From Octopus sinensis (Eukaryota), in assembly GCF_006345805.1 (NCBI RefSeq), contig NC_043005.1:96410001-96474000 (forward strand): a stretch of 64,000 nt of DNA. The letters are read 5' to 3'. The translations under genes were made by a program, and so were the position numbers. This document shows positions 55,501 through 63,140 of the stretch, piece after piece; position 1 is the first letter of the stretch, and each line of letters starts with the position of its first letter. The notes beneath the pieces are model-generated. The model did not search any database, was not told the origin of the DNA, and saw nothing but the letters and a program-made list of their open reading frames with translations.

Positions 55501-57940
55501 CAGAGTGATGAAACTGTTCTGCATTCACTTGTTTAATATCTGGTTATTGCTGACTTATGAAGTTATGTTGAACAACTGCTGTCACAAGTGGGACGGATCC
55601 ATCTCTTGGTAGAGTCTATAGTGCTGATAGCCCCGCCACCCTTTACTTGGGCAGGCAAGACAGTTTTCCTTTGCTTGGGGGCTGTGGCAAAAGAGATTGT
55701 CTGGTAGATGAGGCCGAAAGGAATGAGGACAGACATTCTTCTTTGGTAGAGCCCTCATCGACTGTTTCAAGTTTCACTTGAAAAGGAAAGTGAAGGTAGA
55801 GAGGGAGGTGCTGCCCTCAAGTGAATTTATTGAAAGGTGGATGAAAGTTTCAGAAATGATACTGTTTGAAGTGTAGACCTGTGAGTGGGCGTACTGTTCT
55901 AAGACCTGTGATTCAGAGAAAAGGAATTGGAGAGGGCACTTGGATGGTGGAGTTCCTTGATTATCTCAAAGAGGTCTTCCTGATACAGGAGGATCCCATC
56001 ATTATTTCATTATTTTACTTATTTTTTACTTCCTTTTTTTTACTGTTGTATATTATGTATACTTCCCTTCTTTGTTTTATTGCATAGAGAATGTATACTT
56101 TCCTTTTTTTTTAAAAATCATTTTACTTTATGTAAATCTTCATGAATTATGTCTGTCATTGTATTGTTCCCCTCATCCTTTGCCCTGGTGGAAAATAAAA
56201 GAAATCATCATCATAATGATAGTTATTATTATTATTATTATTAAGACAGCGAGCTGGCAGAATTGTTAGCATGCTGGGCAAAATGTTTTGTGGTATCTTG
56301 TCTGAGTTCAAATGCTGCCGAGGTCAACTTTGCCTTTCATTCTTTCAGGGTCGATAAATTAAGTACCAGTCATGTACTGGGGTTGATGTGATCGACTAGC
56401 CCCCTCCCCACAAATTCCAGGCCTTGTGCCTATTGTAGAAAGGATTATTATTATTATTGATGTAATCAACTTTACTCTGCCCTCATTAAAATTATGGCCT
56501 TCGTAAGAAATTATTTGAGAGCAGTGGATAGATGGAATCACTGGAGCATCTAACAAAACATGTGGCAGTATTTGTTCTAGGTCTTTATATTCTGAGTTCA
56601 AATCCTGCCATGGTCAGCTTTGCCTTTCATCCTTTCAAGTATAAAATGAAGTACCAGTCAAGTCCATGGGTTGATGGCATTGACTAATCACTTCTCTTTG
56701 TCAATCTTGTGCCCAAATCAGAAATTGCTGCTACTACCCTCTGTCCATCTAGTCAGTTGACTTGCCTGGACTAATGCAACTCTTTCACACGCTGTGTACT
56801 GATCTTCCATAGTAGTCATCATATCTTGAACTTGATATCCCATGCCTTTCACATATTGATTGATAAATGCTCTTCTTGGTCTGCTGATACTCACATGTCC
56901 ATGCATGGGTTTTGAGAGATGGAGATTGCTTGATATTTCATCCTTGCTTCTCCACCAGCATCCTGCATAATGTGTTCTTTCTCTGAATACTGAGGTGATA
57001 ATAGGAAGACCACCATGCAGTCACTGCTTTGTAGGGTGTTGCTGCCAAGAAGGGCTGAGAATTGCATGAAGCATTCTTGTGTACATACCTATTTCTTTAC
57101 TACCCACAAGGGGCTACACACAAAGGGGACAGACAAACGGATTAAGTCGATTATATCGACCCCAGTGCGTAACTAGTACTTATTTAATCGACCCCGAAAG
57201 GATGAAAGGCAAAGTCGACCGTGGCGGAATTTGAACTCAGAACGTAGTGGCAGACGAAAAACTGAGCTTCTTTTCAAGAAATCTTATCTGGGATGCAACA
57301 TTGTTTCAATACAGAAGGATGTCCAGGCAAGCATTGCAAAAGCATGGTATGCCCTACACTGACTCAGAATTCTATTGTAGTTTTCCTTTCTTGACAATAT
57401 TGAAGTGGGGTTTCTTTAAGGCAGCTGTTGAACCACCACCACCACTTTAAGTGCATCTTTTTTTACCTTTCTCTCTTTTTTTTTTGTATTTTTCAGGCTG
57501 GACCTTCTGGTGCCCAACTAGGAATTCTTGCTTGCTATATCGTTGAAATTATACAAAGCTGGCAAATCCAGAAAACTCCTTGGCAATCTGTCATAAAATT
57601 TGTTGCAATTCTTCTCCTCCTGTTTGTACTTGGTTTACTTCCATGGATAGACAACTGGGCACATATTTTTGGATTCTTCGTAGGGTTATTCCTTGCTTTT
57701 GCACTTCTACCTTATGTTACCTTTGGTTTCAAGGACAAAAAGAAGAAACTGATATTAATTTTTGTTAGTCTTGGTCTATGTATTATGTTTTTTGTAATTC
57801 TCATTATCCTATTTTATGTATCCCCTGTCTATCAATGTGATGCTTGTCAGTATTTCAATTGCATCCCTTTTGTTTCTCCCAAATTTTGTCAAAACATGCA
57901 AGTCACCATCCGCCGGGAATCCAAATATGATGATGTCTGA
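10420..57940 (+). CDS. iRhom: iRhom (inactive rhomboid, RHBDF1/2 ortholog), 14 coding exons: join(10420..10547,10983..11313,13748..13837,22301..22416,27794..28027,31178..31289,34280..34354,42443..42604,45194..45279,47728..47791,48689..48871,50625..50725,52643..52796,57497..57940); 2280 nt = 759 aa + stop
   Basis: All 13 introns are GT-AG with matching phases and give one open frame. The translation has iRhom hallmarks: [36 protein letters not shown], Cys-rich iRhom homology domain, [21 protein letters not shown], GPx motif (AGPSG), PWIDNWAH and a C-terminal C..C.YFNCIP tail. Confidence 0.95.
10983..11313 (+). CDS. iRhom: iRhom coding exon 2: [14 protein letters not shown]...[20 protein letters not shown]
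   Basis: Polypyrimidine tract + AG at 10981-10982; donor gtgagt at 11314; matches ORF 10987..11343 and the iRhom N-terminal ADWFGV and RKRES motifs. Confidence 0.92.
11580..11830 (-). mobile_element. RTE LINE 3' tail copy, degenerate
   Basis: catcatcatttaacatccg...ggatgcccttcctaatgccaaccac matches the reverse complement of the RTE tail. Confidence 0.7.
12160..12523 (+). mobile_element. RTE LINE 3' UTR/tail copy, 3 hairpin units
   Basis: Same tail as 5630..6048 with an (ATG)n end. Confidence 0.8.
12823..13258 (+). mobile_element. tRNA-derived SINE family B with internal (TA)n(TG)n microsatellite
   Basis: A-box-like gtgtctgtgtggtaag and B-box ggttcagtccc; body gcttacaaagaataagtcctggggt...ctccagcatggc shared with the 21725, 22510, 27265 and 46123 copies. 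Confidence 0.8.
13748..13837 (+). CDS. iRhom: iRhom coding exon 3: [30 protein letters not shown]
   Basis: ctctAG acceptor, CAG|gtaaaa donor, 90 nt, phase 0/0; RSYAPAS resembles vertebrate RSFTPAS. Confidence 0.85.
13891..14285 (+). mobile_element. Non-autonomous Helentron/HINE (DINE-1/Lep1-like) element
   Basis: 5' tACTAGCA followed by hairpin CCCGG-CGTTGC-TCGGG; 3' acagacaac...ctttataaatatatagagattt end typical of HINEs. Confidence 0.55.
14413..15682 (-). mobile_element. Full-length (1270 bp) mariner transposon, transposase frameshifted
   Basis: ~31-bp TIRs cgaggggc(a/g)ttcaataa(a/g)taatgcccctgac; TA on both sides; ORF pieces 15258..15515, 15013..15276 (WVHHYD) and 14656..14952 (LQDNAPVH). 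Confidence 0.93.
15698..16415 (+). mobile_element. 5' half of a maT-like Tc1/mariner element
   Basis: TA + CAGGGTGTCCACAAAG terminus; ORF 15894..16238 is homologous to ORF 5061..5414 (RTPEF..EIQ..I.N.PSKS); truncated near the FSD first-Asp motif. Confidence 0.75.
17430..17553. mobile_element. 124-bp MITE, Tc1/mariner type
   Basis: 29-bp TIRs CAGGGTGTCCACAAAGTYTGGGTACATGG (1 mismatch), TA flanks, AT-rich interior. Confidence 0.9.
18120..18445 (-). pseudogene. Pogo/Tigger transposase N-terminal (CENP-B-type HTH) fragment
   Basis: [25 protein letters not shown]...[22 protein letters not shown]...[10 protein letters not shown]. Confidence 0.8.
18757..18990 (+). mobile_element. RTE LINE 3' tail copy
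   Basis: Hairpin unit plus shared tail ending gttaaacaatgatgatg. Confidence 0.8.
19178..20126 (+). mobile_element. Second Helentron/HINE-like element (different family)
   Basis: tACTAGCA + hairpin GACCCG-TCGTTGC-CGGGTC (19191-19209); 3' aaaatttgaatgaaattgg...(ACAG)n...ttttatatatatataaagat; inserted in (TA)n. Confidence 0.55.
21341..22240 (+). mobile_element. Nin/Deu-core-like tRNA SINE split by a 670-bp insert (halves 21341..21465 and 22136..22240)
   Basis: The two halves join into the intact copy seen at 32176..32405; TAAGTACCAGT is duplicated at the break; the insert contains a family B SINE (21725..22110). Confidence 0.75.
22301..22416 (+). CDS. iRhom: iRhom coding exon 4: [17 protein letters not shown]...GEAE
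   Basis: tttatAG acceptor, AT|gtaatt donor; phase 0 in, phase 2 out, matching both neighbours; DDVFF resembles vertebrate DEVF. Confidence 0.85.
22510..22875 (+). mobile_element. SINE family B, degenerate
   Basis: ccaatcaaagccttgtgagtggatttggtaga...ctgaaacaa(g)taaaaga. Confidence 0.7.
24302..25570 (+). mobile_element. Full-length (1269 bp) mariner transposon of a second subfamily, inactive
   Basis: TIRs t(t/g)aggttgt(c/t)cagaaagtt(c)(c/t)gagc with TA flanks; WIVYENV, QQDNA and PPYSP...YHLF motifs; stop at 25495. Confidence 0.9.
26113..26262. repeat. Minisatellite, 20-21 bp unit (tataaggtga[a]ttggtgtaat) x ~7
   Basis: Directly visible. Confidence 0.92.
26586..27005 (-). mobile_element. Head-to-tail dimer of the Nin/Deu-like SINE
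   Basis: Two consecutive copies of tatttcttta...gtacttaatttatcgaccccgaaagg...gaactcagaacgtaacgg; only the right copy has the full tRNA head. Confidence 0.85.
27265..27642 (+). mobile_element. SINE family B, near-intact reference copy
   Basis: A box ggagtggctgtgtggtaag, B box ggttccgtgttcagtccc; tail aatgactgaaacaagtaaaagag. Confidence 0.85.
27794..28027 (+). CDS. iRhom: iRhom coding exon 5: SPKTAP...[10 protein letters not shown]...QLDELDNYR
   Basis: gttgtAG acceptor, AG|gtaagt donor; conserved KRxYGxGxxG...QxxDxDxxR juxtamembrane segment. Confidence 0.95.
28851..29172 (+). mobile_element. RTE LINE C-terminus/3' tail, older subfamily
   Basis: gtggaagacatgggacgaagtattg...ggaagagcatctagccatagaaac...ggatgttaaatgttgttg. 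Confidence 0.6.
29484..30275 (+). mobile_element. Internal RTE RT fragment, same family as 37725..39109
   Basis: ORF pieces [16 protein letters not shown]..., [17 protein letters not shown]...CKLWTHKR, with stops. Confidence 0.9.
30352..30625 (-). mobile_element. tRNA-derived SINE family C (CORE/Meta/V-like tccttgagcaagacac motif)
   Basis: Minus strand A box tggcttagtgg, B box gagttcgattccc, then gtatccttgagcaagacacttt. Confidence 0.6.
31178..31289 (+). CDS. iRhom: iRhom coding exon 6 (TM1): [29 protein letters not shown]...
   Basis: ttcAG acceptor, gtgagt donor; iRhom RPxFTYW TM1 motif. Confidence 0.95.
32176..32405 (+). mobile_element. Intact Nin/Deu-core-like tRNA SINE
   Basis: tRNA-like head (agctggcagaa...gagttcaaattcc) plus gcctttcatcctttcggggtcgataaattaagtaccag, which resembles the recalled Deu/Nin core. 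Confidence 0.75.
33446..33625 (-). mobile_element. Solo Penelope pseudo-LTR fragment next to (TA)n
   Basis: Clearly alignable to 39259..39440 at the 3' end of the Penelope-like element. Confidence 0.75.
33531..33568 (-). ncRNA. Minimal type-I hammerhead-ribozyme-like motif, variant core: CCUUU-CUGUGGA-A-GAGC-GUAA-GCUC-GAAA-CGUA-AGACU
   Basis: Spacing, 4-bp stem II with tetraloop, GAAA and palindromic ACGU stem III match the minimal hammerheads known from Penelope terminal repeats; position 6 is U instead of A and stem I is weak in this copy. Confidence 0.5.
33942..34151. mobile_element. 210-bp mariner-derived MITE
   Basis: TIR core ctgaaaagttcctggcttt at both ends, TA flanks; interior resembles the mariner transposase C-terminus (..GEYVE*). 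Confidence 0.8.
34280..34354 (+). CDS. iRhom: iRhom coding exon 7: [25 protein letters not shown]
   Basis: cttcAG acceptor, CAG|gtaaca donor, 75 nt, phase 0/0; NxWxGP motif. Confidence 0.92.
34452..35017 (+). mobile_element. 5'-truncated RTE (BovB-like) LINE with 10-bp TSD
   Basis: ORF 34520..34945 ([28 protein letters not shown]); AATTATGAAA at 34442-34451 and 35018-35027. Confidence 0.88.
37031..37200 (+). mobile_element. SINE family B, 5' half (3' half at 41200..41432)
   Basis: Ends at gaaagaagcctgtcg(TA)n, exactly where intact copies enter their internal microsatellite. Confidence 0.8.
37233..39109 (-). mobile_element. 5'-truncated RTE LINE: RT ORF, 3' UTR with 3 hairpin units, (ATG)n tail
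   Basis: Continuous minus-strand read from the RT ORF through the UTR into ...ggacgttaaacgatttgatgatgatga. Confidence 0.92.
37725..39155 (-). CDS. 476-aa open frame: 5S-derived N-terminal ~16 aa fused to RTE reverse transcriptase (no endonuclease)
   Basis: [47 protein letters not shown] motifs, uninterrupted; the first codons lie inside the 5S sequence. Translation in vivo is not shown. Confidence 0.6.
   Translation of the reverse strand: MGDRLGNLGAVSIAHWMLKTAGCVGYGLVTRIVNQVIHNGVIPNDWRSSTIVNCYKGKGDAIDRNNYRGIKLLDQVMKVTERVIAHLIRERICLDEMQFGFVPGRSTTDAIFLIQQLQEKYLAKDKPLYIAFVDLEKAFDRVAQSLIWWSMRKLEIDEWLIRAVQALYREAVSKVRIGNEYSEEFRVEVGVHQGSALSPLLFIIVLQAITEEFKTGCPWELLYADDLALIAESLPELEKKFRAWKQGLESKGLRVNVAKTKVIVSRKTNSAHTPSGRWPCSICRKGGGRNSIRCTQCKLWTHKRCSNIKGKLTDKIAFMCGRSTGTIDTTDTQKTDSITLQGEKLEVVDSFRYLGDQVSSGGGCSESVTTRIRIAWAKFRKLLPLLATKGLSLRVKGRLYDKCVRTAMLHGSETWAVTAEDMRRLERNEANMIRWMCNVSEGIRGRDRPRKTWDEVVKHDLRALGLTEAMTKDRDL
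39118..39234 (-). rRNA. 5S rRNA: 5S rRNA copy (processed pseudogene, ~3 nt missing at the 5' end)
   Basis: Minus strand TATGGCCATATCACATTGAAAGCACCGGTTCTCGTCTGATCACCGAAGTTAAGCAACGTCGAGCCTAGTCAGTACTTAGATGGGTGACCGCTTGGGAAACCTAGGTGCAGTAAGCAT follows the canonical metazoan 5S; the CCTAG/CTAGG helix pairs. Confidence 0.93.
39259..41180 (-). mobile_element. 5'-truncated Penelope-like element (RT C-terminal half, GIY-YIG endonuclease, pseudo-LTR)
   Basis: ORF 40495..41175 ([37 protein letters not shown]); hand-read [23 protein letters not shown] at ~40200-40345; frameshifted; flanked by (TA)n. Confidence 0.9.
39356..39393 (-). ncRNA. Second hammerhead-like motif (UCUUU-CUGUGGA-A-GAGC-AUAG-GCUC-AAAA-CGUA-AAAGA), probably inactivated by G>A in GAAA
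   Basis: 5-bp stem I (UCUUU/AAAGA) and 4-bp stem II pair; same U6 core variant as the 33531 copy. Confidence 0.45.
41200..41432 (+). mobile_element. SINE family B, 3' half
   Basis: Begins (TA)n(TG)n tttgttccccccaacatcgcttgacaacc and matches the 3' half of 27265..27642. Confidence 0.85.
41950..42070 (+). mobile_element. CR1 LINE extreme 3' end
   Basis: gacaagttgtggtgcacctgagcattgtatacaataatttcattattatta is the reverse complement of the 51080..51200 CR1 tail. Confidence 0.7.
42443..42604 (+). CDS. iRhom: iRhom coding exon 8: [17 protein letters not shown]...[21 protein letters not shown]
   Basis: tcctAG acceptor, gtaagt donor; iRhom homology domain cysteine pattern. Confidence 0.96.
42948..43306. 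mobile_element. ~360-bp fold-back element with ~110-120 bp imperfect inverted arms and a tRNA-like core
   Basis: Arms 42948..~43066 and ~43202..43306 align as reverse complements; minus-strand core has D-arm GCTT/AAGC and T-arm ATGGG-TTCAAGT-CCCAT. Confidence 0.7.
43558..43755 (-). mobile_element. RTE LINE 3' tail copy
   Basis: (CAT)n tgtttaacgtccg...gtgccaccggcac. Confidence 0.8.
45194..45279 (+). CDS. iRhom: iRhom coding exon 9: [28 protein letters not shown](K)
   Basis: attctAG acceptor, AA|gtgagt donor; VCGxDP motif; phase fits exon 10. Not in the supplied ORF track. Confidence 0.9.
45449..45700 (+). mobile_element. RTE LINE 3' tail copy, 2 hairpin units
   Basis: gtgccggtggcacgtaaaaagcaccc...ggacgttaaacgatga. 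Confidence 0.8.
46123..46518 (+). mobile_element. SINE family B copy carrying a 28-bp hairpin with perfect 13-bp arms
   Basis: Matches the family B head, body and tail; hairpin at 46188..46215. Confidence 0.8.
47125..47355 (-). mobile_element. RTE LINE 3' tail copy
   Basis: catcatcattgtttaacgtccg...tttttacgtgccactggca. Confidence 0.8.
47728..47791 (+). CDS. iRhom: iRhom coding exon 10: [21 protein letters not shown]
   Basis: ttacAG acceptor, CCG|gtaaga donor; CxxPxS..EWxxxIxxWP motif. Confidence 0.92.
48165..48340 (+). mobile_element. RTE LINE 3' tail copy
   Basis: gtggcacgtaaaaagcacc...ggacgttaaatgatgatgatga. Confidence 0.78.
48689..48871 (+). CDS. iRhom: iRhom coding exon 11: ICEDG...[35 protein letters not shown]
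   Basis: tttcAG acceptor, CAG|gtattt donor; RPCC.G..G.C.IT...C....GYFHEEA.LCSQ motif. Confidence 0.97.
50625..50725 (+). CDS. iRhom: iRhom coding exon 12: [33 protein letters not shown](G)
   Basis: atgcAG acceptor, GG|gtaagt donor; PDQFYRL..LFLHAG motif. Confidence 0.96.
51080..51590 (-). mobile_element. CR1 LINE 3' fragment with (ATT)n tail
   Basis: Minus-strand translation ..[29 protein letters not shown].., a CR1-type C-terminus; (AAT)n run at ~51078-51125. Confidence 0.75.
52320..52445 (-). mobile_element. Nin/Deu-like SINE 3' fragment
   Basis: tatttctttattgcccacaagggg...ggtacttatttaattgaccccgaaagg. Confidence 0.75.
52643..52796 (+). CDS. iRhom: iRhom coding exon 13: [51 protein letters not shown]
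   Basis: tttcAG acceptor, GAG|gtattt donor; rhomboid L1 loop E..GW.R and TM3 SGxxGNL motifs. Confidence 0.96.
53800..56130 (+). mobile_element. Heavily degenerate L1/Tx1-clade LINE (endonuclease + RT)
   Basis: Fragments [15 protein letters not shown] (endonuclease), [31 protein letters not shown]; many stops and indels; boundaries approximate. Confidence 0.6.
56243..56450 (+). mobile_element. Nin/Deu-like SINE variant with (ATT)n tail
   Basis: gcgagctggcagaattgttagc...gggtcgataaattaagtaccag...aaaggattattatt. Confidence 0.7.
57088..57258 (-). mobile_element. Nin/Deu-like SINE, 5'-truncated
   Basis: tatttctttactacccacaagggg...atcgaccccgaaaggatgaaaggcaaagtcgacc. Confidence 0.78.
57497..57940 (+). 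CDS. iRhom: iRhom coding exon 14 (terminal): AGPSGAQLG...[11 protein letters not shown]...YDDV*
   Basis: tttcAG acceptor; ORF 57428..57940; TM4 GPSG, TM6 NWAH, TM7 and C-terminal cysteines; TGA at 57938-57940. Confidence 0.97.
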   Translation, partial: AGPSGAQLGILACYIVEIIQSWQIQKTPWQSVIKFVAILLLLFVLGLLPWIDNWAHIFGFFVGLFLAFALLPYVTFGFKDKKKKLILIFVSLGLCIMFFVILIILFYVSPVYQCDACQYFNCIPFVSPKFCQNMQVTIRRESKYDDV

Positions 57941-58619
57941 TAGGTTTTACTTGTAACAATTGTCAATGTTGTTGCTGTTGCAGTTGTCTATATATATTTT
58001 TTTATAAGCTTCATTTATTTTTTAAAATTTTATAACGACAGTGACAATGAAGTTTTTAAAGTTGTTGTTATTATTGCTGTTGTTGTTTAGCCCCAGGTTG
58101 ACCCTGATCAAACAGACTTTGATCAAAAGTATTCCTACTATAAACAGCCTGCCCTTTTAGGGGTATCTAGGAAACTTACATTATTCAATGCGTCCTTTTT
58201 TTTTCCCATGACATTAATGATTTGAGGGAGATTTGGTTGCTATTTCTAACAGGTTGAGTGACCACATGAAGGCTCCCTTAGACCAGAAGTTTTTGAATGG
58301 TCTTTGTTTGTTGGTATTCTTGATATTGTTGTCTTAGTCTCAAGAAAATTCACTGTTACCTCAAAACAATAACAAACTTTTAAGCTTGCAACTATTAATC
58401 TCTTGGCCTTAAATCATCATCATCATCACCATTAGCATCTACATCATTATCATTGTCACCACCACCATCATCATCATATCAATCAAAACGTTGGCTAAAC
58501 CTCAACAAGAGCTGAGTATACACTCAGCACCCATAAACACTGCTGGCGTGTCTAGTTCATCAGACCATAGACTAATAAGCACACACTTGTAAAATAACAG
58601 ACTCTGAGTAATGCTGTAG

Positions 58620-58863
58620 ATATATAAAACATAATATATAATGTATATCACATGTATTATATATGTATTATATATATATATTTTATATATGTGTGTGTGT
58701 ATGTGTATATATGTATATATTTGTTCAATGGTTTGTCTCCTTTTAGATTATACAAATGAAAGGCAATTGTCTTTAATAATAATAAAGATCCCAGATATTG
58801 GAGCTGCCAATAAATTTGTATTTTCTAGCATACTGCCAATATATCTTTATTTATATATATATG

Positions 58864-58896
<33 letters not shown>

Positions 58897-58961
58897 GATA
58901 TTATATATATATAGATATATATATATAGATATATGTATGTATGTATTATATATGTATTATA

Positions 58962-58995
<34 letters not shown>

Positions 58996-59091
58996 TATAT
59001 ATGTATTAGATATATATATATATATATGTAGGATATATATATATATGTATTATATATATATATTATATATGTATGTATGTATTATATATGT

Positions 59092-59135
<44 letters not shown>

Positions 59136-59145
59136 TATATATGTA

Positions 59146-59196
<51 letters not shown>

Positions 59197-60769
59197 TATA
59201 TATGTATTATATATATATATATATATATATAGATATATATAGTATATATATATATATGGATTAGATATATATAGATATATGTATGATATATGTATTATAT
59301 ATATATATATAAGATATAGATAGAGAGATATATATATATATATGTATAGATATATAGATATATATATGTATATATATATATAGAATATGTATGATAGATA
59401 TATAGAGATATATATAGATAGATATAGATATAGATAGAGAGATATAGATATATAGATATATTATATATATATGATATATATATATAGGTATTATATATAT
59501 ATATAGATATAGATATATAGATAGATATATATATAGAGATATATATATGTATTATATAGATATATATAGTATATATATATAGAGATAGATATAGATATAT
59601 GTATTATATATATATAATATATGTATTATATATATAGATATATATGATATATATATATATATATATAGATAGATAGATATATATGTATTATATAGATAGA
59701 TATATAGATATGTATTATATAGATATAATATATATATGATATATATATATAGATAGATATAGATATATATATATGTATTATATATATATAGATATATATA
59801 TATATGTATTATAGATATATATATATGTATTATATATATATGATATAGATATATAGAGATATATATATATATAGATATAGATATATTATATATATGATAT
59901 ATATATGTATTATAGATATATAGATATGTATATATAATATATATAGATATATATGTATTAGATAGAGATATATATATATATATAGATGTATTATATAGAT
60001 AATATATTATGTATATATTATATATAGATATTATATATATATAGATGTATTATATATATATATGTATATATATAGATTATATATATATATATATGTATTA
60101 GATATATATAGATAGATATTATATATATATATTATTATATATATATATGTTATATATATATATGTATGATAGATATATATATGTATTATAGATATATATA
60201 TATAGGTATTATATATATAGATAGATATTATATATATAGATATGTATATATATAGTATTATATATATATTATATATGTATATATAGATATATATATATAT
60301 ATATATGTATTAATATATATATATATGTAGGATATATATATATATATTGTATTATATATATAGATATAGATATATGTATTATATATATATATATGTATTA
60401 TATATATATATAATATATATGTATTATATATATATATATGTATTATATATATATATATAGATATATATATATATGTCTTATATATATATATATATATAAT
60501 GTATTATATTATATATATATATATATATGTATTATATATATATATATATGTATGTATTATATATATAATATATATATGTATTAGATAGATATATATATAA
60601 TATATTATATATATATGTATATATATAATATATTATATATGTATTATATATATTATATATATATATGTATTATATATATATATATATATATGGATTATAT
60701 ATAGATATATTATATATATGAGATATATATAGATAGAGGTATTATATATATATATATATATATATGTAT

Positions 60770-60800
<31 letters not shown>

Positions 60801-60880
60801 GTATTATATATATATGTATTATATATATAATATATATAGATATATAGATAGATAGATATATATATATAGGTATATATATA

Positions 60881-60919
<39 letters not shown>

Positions 60920-61363
60920 TTATATATATATGTATTATGATATATATATATATGTATTATATAGATATATATAATATATATATATATATATATAGTATTA
61001 TATATTATATATATAGATAGATATATATGTATTATATATATATATATATATATATAGTATTATATAGATATAATATATATATGTATTAGATATATATATA
61101 TTATATATGTATTAGATATGTATTATATATATATAATATATAGATATTATATATATATAGATATATATATATGTATTATATATATATATATATATATATG
61201 TTATTATATATATATATAGGTATTATATATATATATATATATATGGATTATATATATATAGATTATATATATATATATATATATCTATATATATATATAT
61301 GTATTATATAGATATATATATATATATAATATGTATTATATATATATATAGTATGTATATATA

Positions 61364-61407
<44 letters not shown>

Positions 61408-61540
61408 TATATATAATATATATATATTATATATATGTATATTATATATATATATATTATATATATATATATATGTATTATATATTATATATATAGATAT
61501 ATTATATATAGTATATATATATATATTATATATATATATT

Positions 61541-61583
<43 letters not shown>

Positions 61584-61682
61584 GTGTATTATATATATAT
61601 ATATATATATATATGTATTATATATATATATATAGATATATATATATATGTATTATATATATTATATATATATATATATATG

Positions 61683-61722
<40 letters not shown>

Positions 61723-62581
61723 TATATATATTATATATATATATATTATGTATTATCTATATATATGTATTATATATATATATGTATTATATATATATAT
61801 ATATGATTATATATATATATATATGTATTATATATTATATATATATGATTATTATATATATATATATATATAATATATGTATTATATATATATATATTGT
61901 ATTATATATATATATATTATATATATATATATATGTATTATATATATATATATATGTATGATATATATTATATATATATATATATGTATTATTATATATA
62001 TATATGTATTATATATATATAATATATTATATATATATGTATTATATATATATATATATATGTATTATATATATATATATAATATATATGTATTATATAT
62101 AATATATATATATGTATTATAATATATATATATGTATATTATATATAATATATATATATATATATGGTATATATATATATATATATGTATTATATATATA
62201 TATATCTATATATATATGTATTATATATATATATATATGTATTATATATATATATATCTATATATATATGTATTATTATATATATATATATATATGTATT
62301 ATATATATGTATTATATTATATATATATATATATGTATTATATATATATATATATGTATTATATATATTATATATTTATATATATTATAATATATATATA
62401 TATTGTATTATATATATATATATTGTATTATATATATATATATATGTATTATATATATATATATTATGTATTATATATATATATATATGATTATATATAT
62501 ATATATATGTATTATATATATATATATATATGTATTATAATATATATATATATGTATTATATTATATATATATTTTTTTTT

Positions 62582-62623
<42 letters not shown>

Positions 62624-62977
62624 TATATATCTATATATATATATATATTATATATATATTATATTATATATATATTTTATATATAATATAGATATTATAT
62701 ATTATATATATATTATATTTATATTATATATATATATTTATATATAATATATATATATATTTTATATATATATATATATATATAATATATATATTATATA
62801 TATATGATTATATATATTATATATATATGATATATATATTATTATATATATATGATTATATATATATATATATATGATATATATATATATATATGATATA
62901 TATTATATATATATGATTATATATATTATATATATATGATATATATATATAATATATATATATTATATATATATGAT

Positions 62978-63028
<51 letters not shown>

Positions 63029-63140
63029 TATATATATATGATATATAATATTATATATATATGATATATATATATTATATATATATATATTTATATGATA
63101 TATATATATATATATATATTATATATAATATATATATACT
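58620..63140. repeat. ~4.5 kb degenerate (TA)n microsatellite with recurring atGTATTatatat and GATA interruptions
   Basis: Directly visible; almost exclusively A/T with periodic G. Confidence 0.97.

Noticed and set aside
57497-57940. Calling the gene an active rhomboid protease because Ser and His are present
   Set aside because: The GPx proline, long cytoplasmic N-terminus and Cys-rich iRhom homology domain define it as an iRhom; activity is untested.
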